Position numbers and translations under genes: made by a program. A stretch of DNA of 64,000 nt from Eubacteriales bacterium (GTDB lineage Bacteria; Bacillota; Clostridia; Oscillospirales; CAG-272): the NCBI GenBank assembly GCA_045535375.1, contig JAZSLM010000039.1, positions 9,701 to 73,700 of the forward strand. The letters run 5' to 3'. Below are positions 61,933 to 64,000 of this stretch, one piece after another. The notes under the pieces were generated by a model. The model was given only the letters and a program-made list of their open reading frames with translations. It ran no database searches and was not told where the DNA came from. Position 1 is the first letter of the stretch; each line of letters begins with the position of its first letter.

Positions 61933-62136
61933 ATGAACAACAACAAGAATCAGAATCAGCAGAACAACCAGAACAACTATCAGTCCAATAATCAGAACAG
62001 CCAGAACAACTATCAGTCCAACAGCCAGAACAAGCAGTCCAATAACCAGTCCAATAACCAGAATTCCAACAACCAGAATTCCAACAACCAGAACCAGAAC
62101 AAGAACAACAACCAGAATCAGAACAAGAACAACTAA
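61933..62136 (+). CDS. 67-aa Asn/Gln-rich low-complexity microprotein
   Basis: GAGAGGA SD 8 nt before the ATG. The ORF MNNNKNQNQQNNQNNYQSNNQNSQ... is followed by a hairpin plus T-run at 62160-62193. Confidence 0.5.
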   Translation: MNNNKNQNQQNNQNNYQSNNQNSQNNYQSNSQNKQSNNQSNNQNSNNQNSNNQNQNKNNNQNQNKNN

Positions 62137-62159
62137 GGAAACAGACCGATAACTTACTT

Positions 62160-62193
62160 TCCGACTGTTGCTTTTGCGGCAGTCGGAGTTTTT
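62160..62193 (+). terminator. intrinsic terminator
   Basis: tccgactg (62160-62167) / cagtcgga (62180-62187) followed by gttttt. Confidence 0.7.
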
Positions 62194-62208
62194 CATAAAG
62201 GATCAATA

Positions 62209-64000
62209 ATGTCAACATTAAGCGAAAGATACATAAAAGCCAAAAGACGCCTTTTTGAGAAGGCGCAGTCAAATCTCAATGACCGTCAGCGCGACGCTGT
62301 TTTTGCAACAGAGGGACCATTGCTCGTCATAGCGGGCGCGGGAAGCGGAAAGACTACCGTCCTCGTTCAGCGCATCGCGCAGATAATTAAATACGGAAAC
62401 GCATATTGGAGCGAGGAAGCTCCCGCCGATCTTTCCGAGCTCACCGTTTCCGCACTCGAGGAAGCGGCGACGTATCCCGCAGAATTCATCGCTCCGATAC
62501 TCGACGAGTTTATCGAGCAACCCTGCCCGCCCTGGAACGTTCTTGCCATCACCTTTACAAACAAGGCGGCAAACGAAATGAAGGAGCGACTCGGACGTAT
62601 GTTCGACGACCCCGAGGTGCCAAAGAGCATCTGGGCTGGCACCTTCCACTCGATCTGTATGCGAATTCTGCGCAAATACGGCGACAGACTCGGTTATAAC
62701 GATAATCTGACGATCTACGATACCGACGACTCGAAAAAGCTTCTCACGGCCATTATGAAGGAGCTGAATATCGACGAAAAGTCCTTCACCATCAAGAGCG
62801 TTGTCGGCACGATCAGCAAAGCAAAGGAAAATCTTCTCGATCCCGACGGTTACGAGAAAGAATCGAAGATGGGCTACCGCGAGAAGATATACGCGCGCAT
62901 CTACCGCGAGTATCAGAAGCGGATGGAAGCCTCCAACGCGCTCGACTTTGACGATATCATTATGCAGACCGTCTTCCTTCTCCGCTCGGACGAGGAGGTT
63001 CGCAAATATTATGCGGGCAAGTTCAGATACATCTGCGTTGACGAGTATCAGGACACCAACCCCGCGCAGTTGGCGCTTTGTTCACTCTTTGCCTCGGGCT
63101 GGCGTAACATTATGGTAGTCGGTGACGATGACCAGAGTATCTACCGCTTCCGCGGCGCGACTATTGAAAATATTTTAAGCTTTGATACTACATATCCCGA
63201 CGCAAGGGTAATCAAGCTCGAGCAGAATTACCGCTCGACAAAGACCATTCTCGATGCCGCAAACGCCGTTATCGGTAAAAATGCGGGCAGGCGACCCAAA
63301 ACTCTCTGGACGGAAAACGGCTCGGGCAAAAAGATCGTTCTCGAGGAATGCGAGGACGAAGCGAGTGAAGCGAGAAAAATCTCGGATATAATCACAAAGC
63401 TCGTTGCCGAAAAGAAGTACAGCTACCGCGATTTCGCTGTGCTTTACCGCGTAAACGCGCAGGCGAACACCATCGAGCGTACCTTCGCCAAGAGTGCGCT
63501 TCCTTACCGCATTTACGGCGGCGTCCGCTTCGGAGACCGCAAGGAAATCAAGGACGTCGTTGCATACCTTCAGCTGATCAACAACACCTCCGACCGCGTT
63601 CGTCTGAAGAGGATCATCAACGAACCCCGACGCAAGATCGGCGAGGTCACGCTGAATGCCGTTGAAAGCATTGCCGATGAAACAGGCAAGTCGATGTTCG
63701 AGGTAATGCGTGAGGCTTACCGCCACGTCGCGCTCTCGCGTTCGGCTCATATACTGGTCGGATTTGCAGAAATGATAGACGGACTCCGCAAAATGCTCGA
63801 GGACGGCTGTCCGCTCGATGCGTTCGTCACAAACGTGCTCGAAAGATCGGGCTACCGCCAGATGCTCATCGATGGCGGCGAGGCGGAGAAGGACAGACTT
63901 GATAACGTCGACGAATTTGTTTCGGGCGTTATCGAATATATGAAGAACAACGAGGAGCCGACCCTTACGGGATTCCTCGAGGAGACCGCGCTCGTTGCCG
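62209..64000 (+). CDS. pcrA: ATP-dependent DNA helicase PcrA/UvrD family (partial, runs off the right edge)
   Basis: Hand translation from ATG 62209 gives AGAGSGKTTVL, TFTNKAANEM, DEYQDTN, VGDDDQSIYRFRGA, LEQNYRST. No stop through position 64000. Confidence 0.9.
   Translation, partial: MSTLSERYIKAKRRLFEKAQSNLNDRQRDAVFATEGPLLVIAGAGSGKTTVLVQRIAQIIKYGNAYWSEEAPADLSELTVSALEEAATYPAEFIAPILDEFIEQPCPPWNVLAITFTNKAANEMKERLGRMFDDPEVPKSIWAGTFHSICMRILRKYGDRLGYNDNLTIYDTDDSKKLLTAIMKELNIDEKSFTIKSVVGTISKAKENLLDPDGYEKESKMGYREKIYARIYREYQKRMEASNALDFDDIIMQTVFLLRSDEEVRKYYAGKFRYICVDEYQDTNPAQLALCSLFASGWRNIMVVGDDDQSIYRFRGATIENILSFDTTYPDARVIKLEQNYRSTKTILDAANAVIGKNAGRRPKTLWTENGSGKKIVLEECEDEASEARKISDIITKLVAEKKYSYRDFAVLYRVNAQANTIERTFAKSALPYRIYGGVRFGDRKEIKDVVAYLQLINNTSDRVRLKRIINEPRRKIGEVTLNAVESIADETGKSMFEVMREAYRHVALSRSAHILVGFAEMIDGLRKMLEDGCPLDAFVTNVLERSGYRQMLIDGGEAEKDRLDNVDEFVSGVIEYMKNNEEPTLTGFLEETALVA

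Noticed and set aside
61912-62196. 94-aa minus-strand ORF, extremely L/V/I-rich, antisense to the N/Q microprotein.
   Set aside because: Its ATG sits inside the + strand terminator hairpin, there is no SD upstream, and the terminator T-run is on the + strand only. I favour the + strand ORF, but this is not proven (see the finding).
1-64000. Search for defence systems (RM, Cas, Abi, TA, retron, CBASS-like), transposases, integrases, rRNA genes and group II introns.
   Set aside because: No ORF in the track or in my reading shows nuclease/methylase, reverse transcriptase, DDE/serine/tyrosine recombinase or other hallmark motifs. The EEP, PHP and MBL proteins sit in lipoprotein or sugar-catabolic contexts rather than defence-like operons.

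Overview
The window looks like a chromosomal segment of a Firmicutes/Clostridia-type genome. Evidence: near-consensus sigma-A promoters (TTGACA-17-TATAAT), GGAGG ribosome-binding sites, whiA and a SpoIID/LytB-domain gene, many lipobox lipoproteins, and roughly 50-55% GC by eye. Most of it is core housekeeping: dnaE, secA, pcrA/uvrD (partial), prfA, tsaC/sua5, coaE, murB, whiA, mnmA, a class A PBP, nnr, rtcB, ktrAB-type K+ uptake, tRNA-Ser(GGA), and a second type IIA topoisomerase whose B and A subunit genes lie 26 kb apart. Interspersed accessory content includes an MFS permease that continues in frame into a GH2-like start at the left edge, several xylose-isomerase-fold TIM-barrel genes, a ThuA / Gfo-Idh-MocA / PHP / MBL cluster, a Cys-type sulfatase, and an MBOAT plus DHHW-like pair. 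It also includes large secreted proteins (a GLUG-repeat protein and a 1069-aa two-module protein with a pilin-like end), an ECF sigma/anti-sigma pair, and a cobalamin-riboswitch-controlled DUF4430 lipoprotein plus ECF S-component. I found no CRISPR array, cas genes, restriction/abortive-infection genes, transposase, integrase or prophage genes. The features not explained by ordinary annotation are: (i) a ~150-bp multi-hairpin intergenic repeat in three copies, all in the same orientation relative to transcription, with compensatory stem substitutions; (ii) two arrays of short invariant words (TTAACT x5, GTGAAAT x3) separated by sequence-variable but always self-complementary spacers, sitting just upstream of start codons; (iii) inverted ~85-bp repeat copies flanking the ECF sigma cassette; (iv) a 67-aa Asn/Gln-only microprotein gene with its own SD and terminator; (v) two paralogous unknown membrane proteins translationally coupled to secA. 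All functional interpretations of these are hypotheses. No database search could be run.
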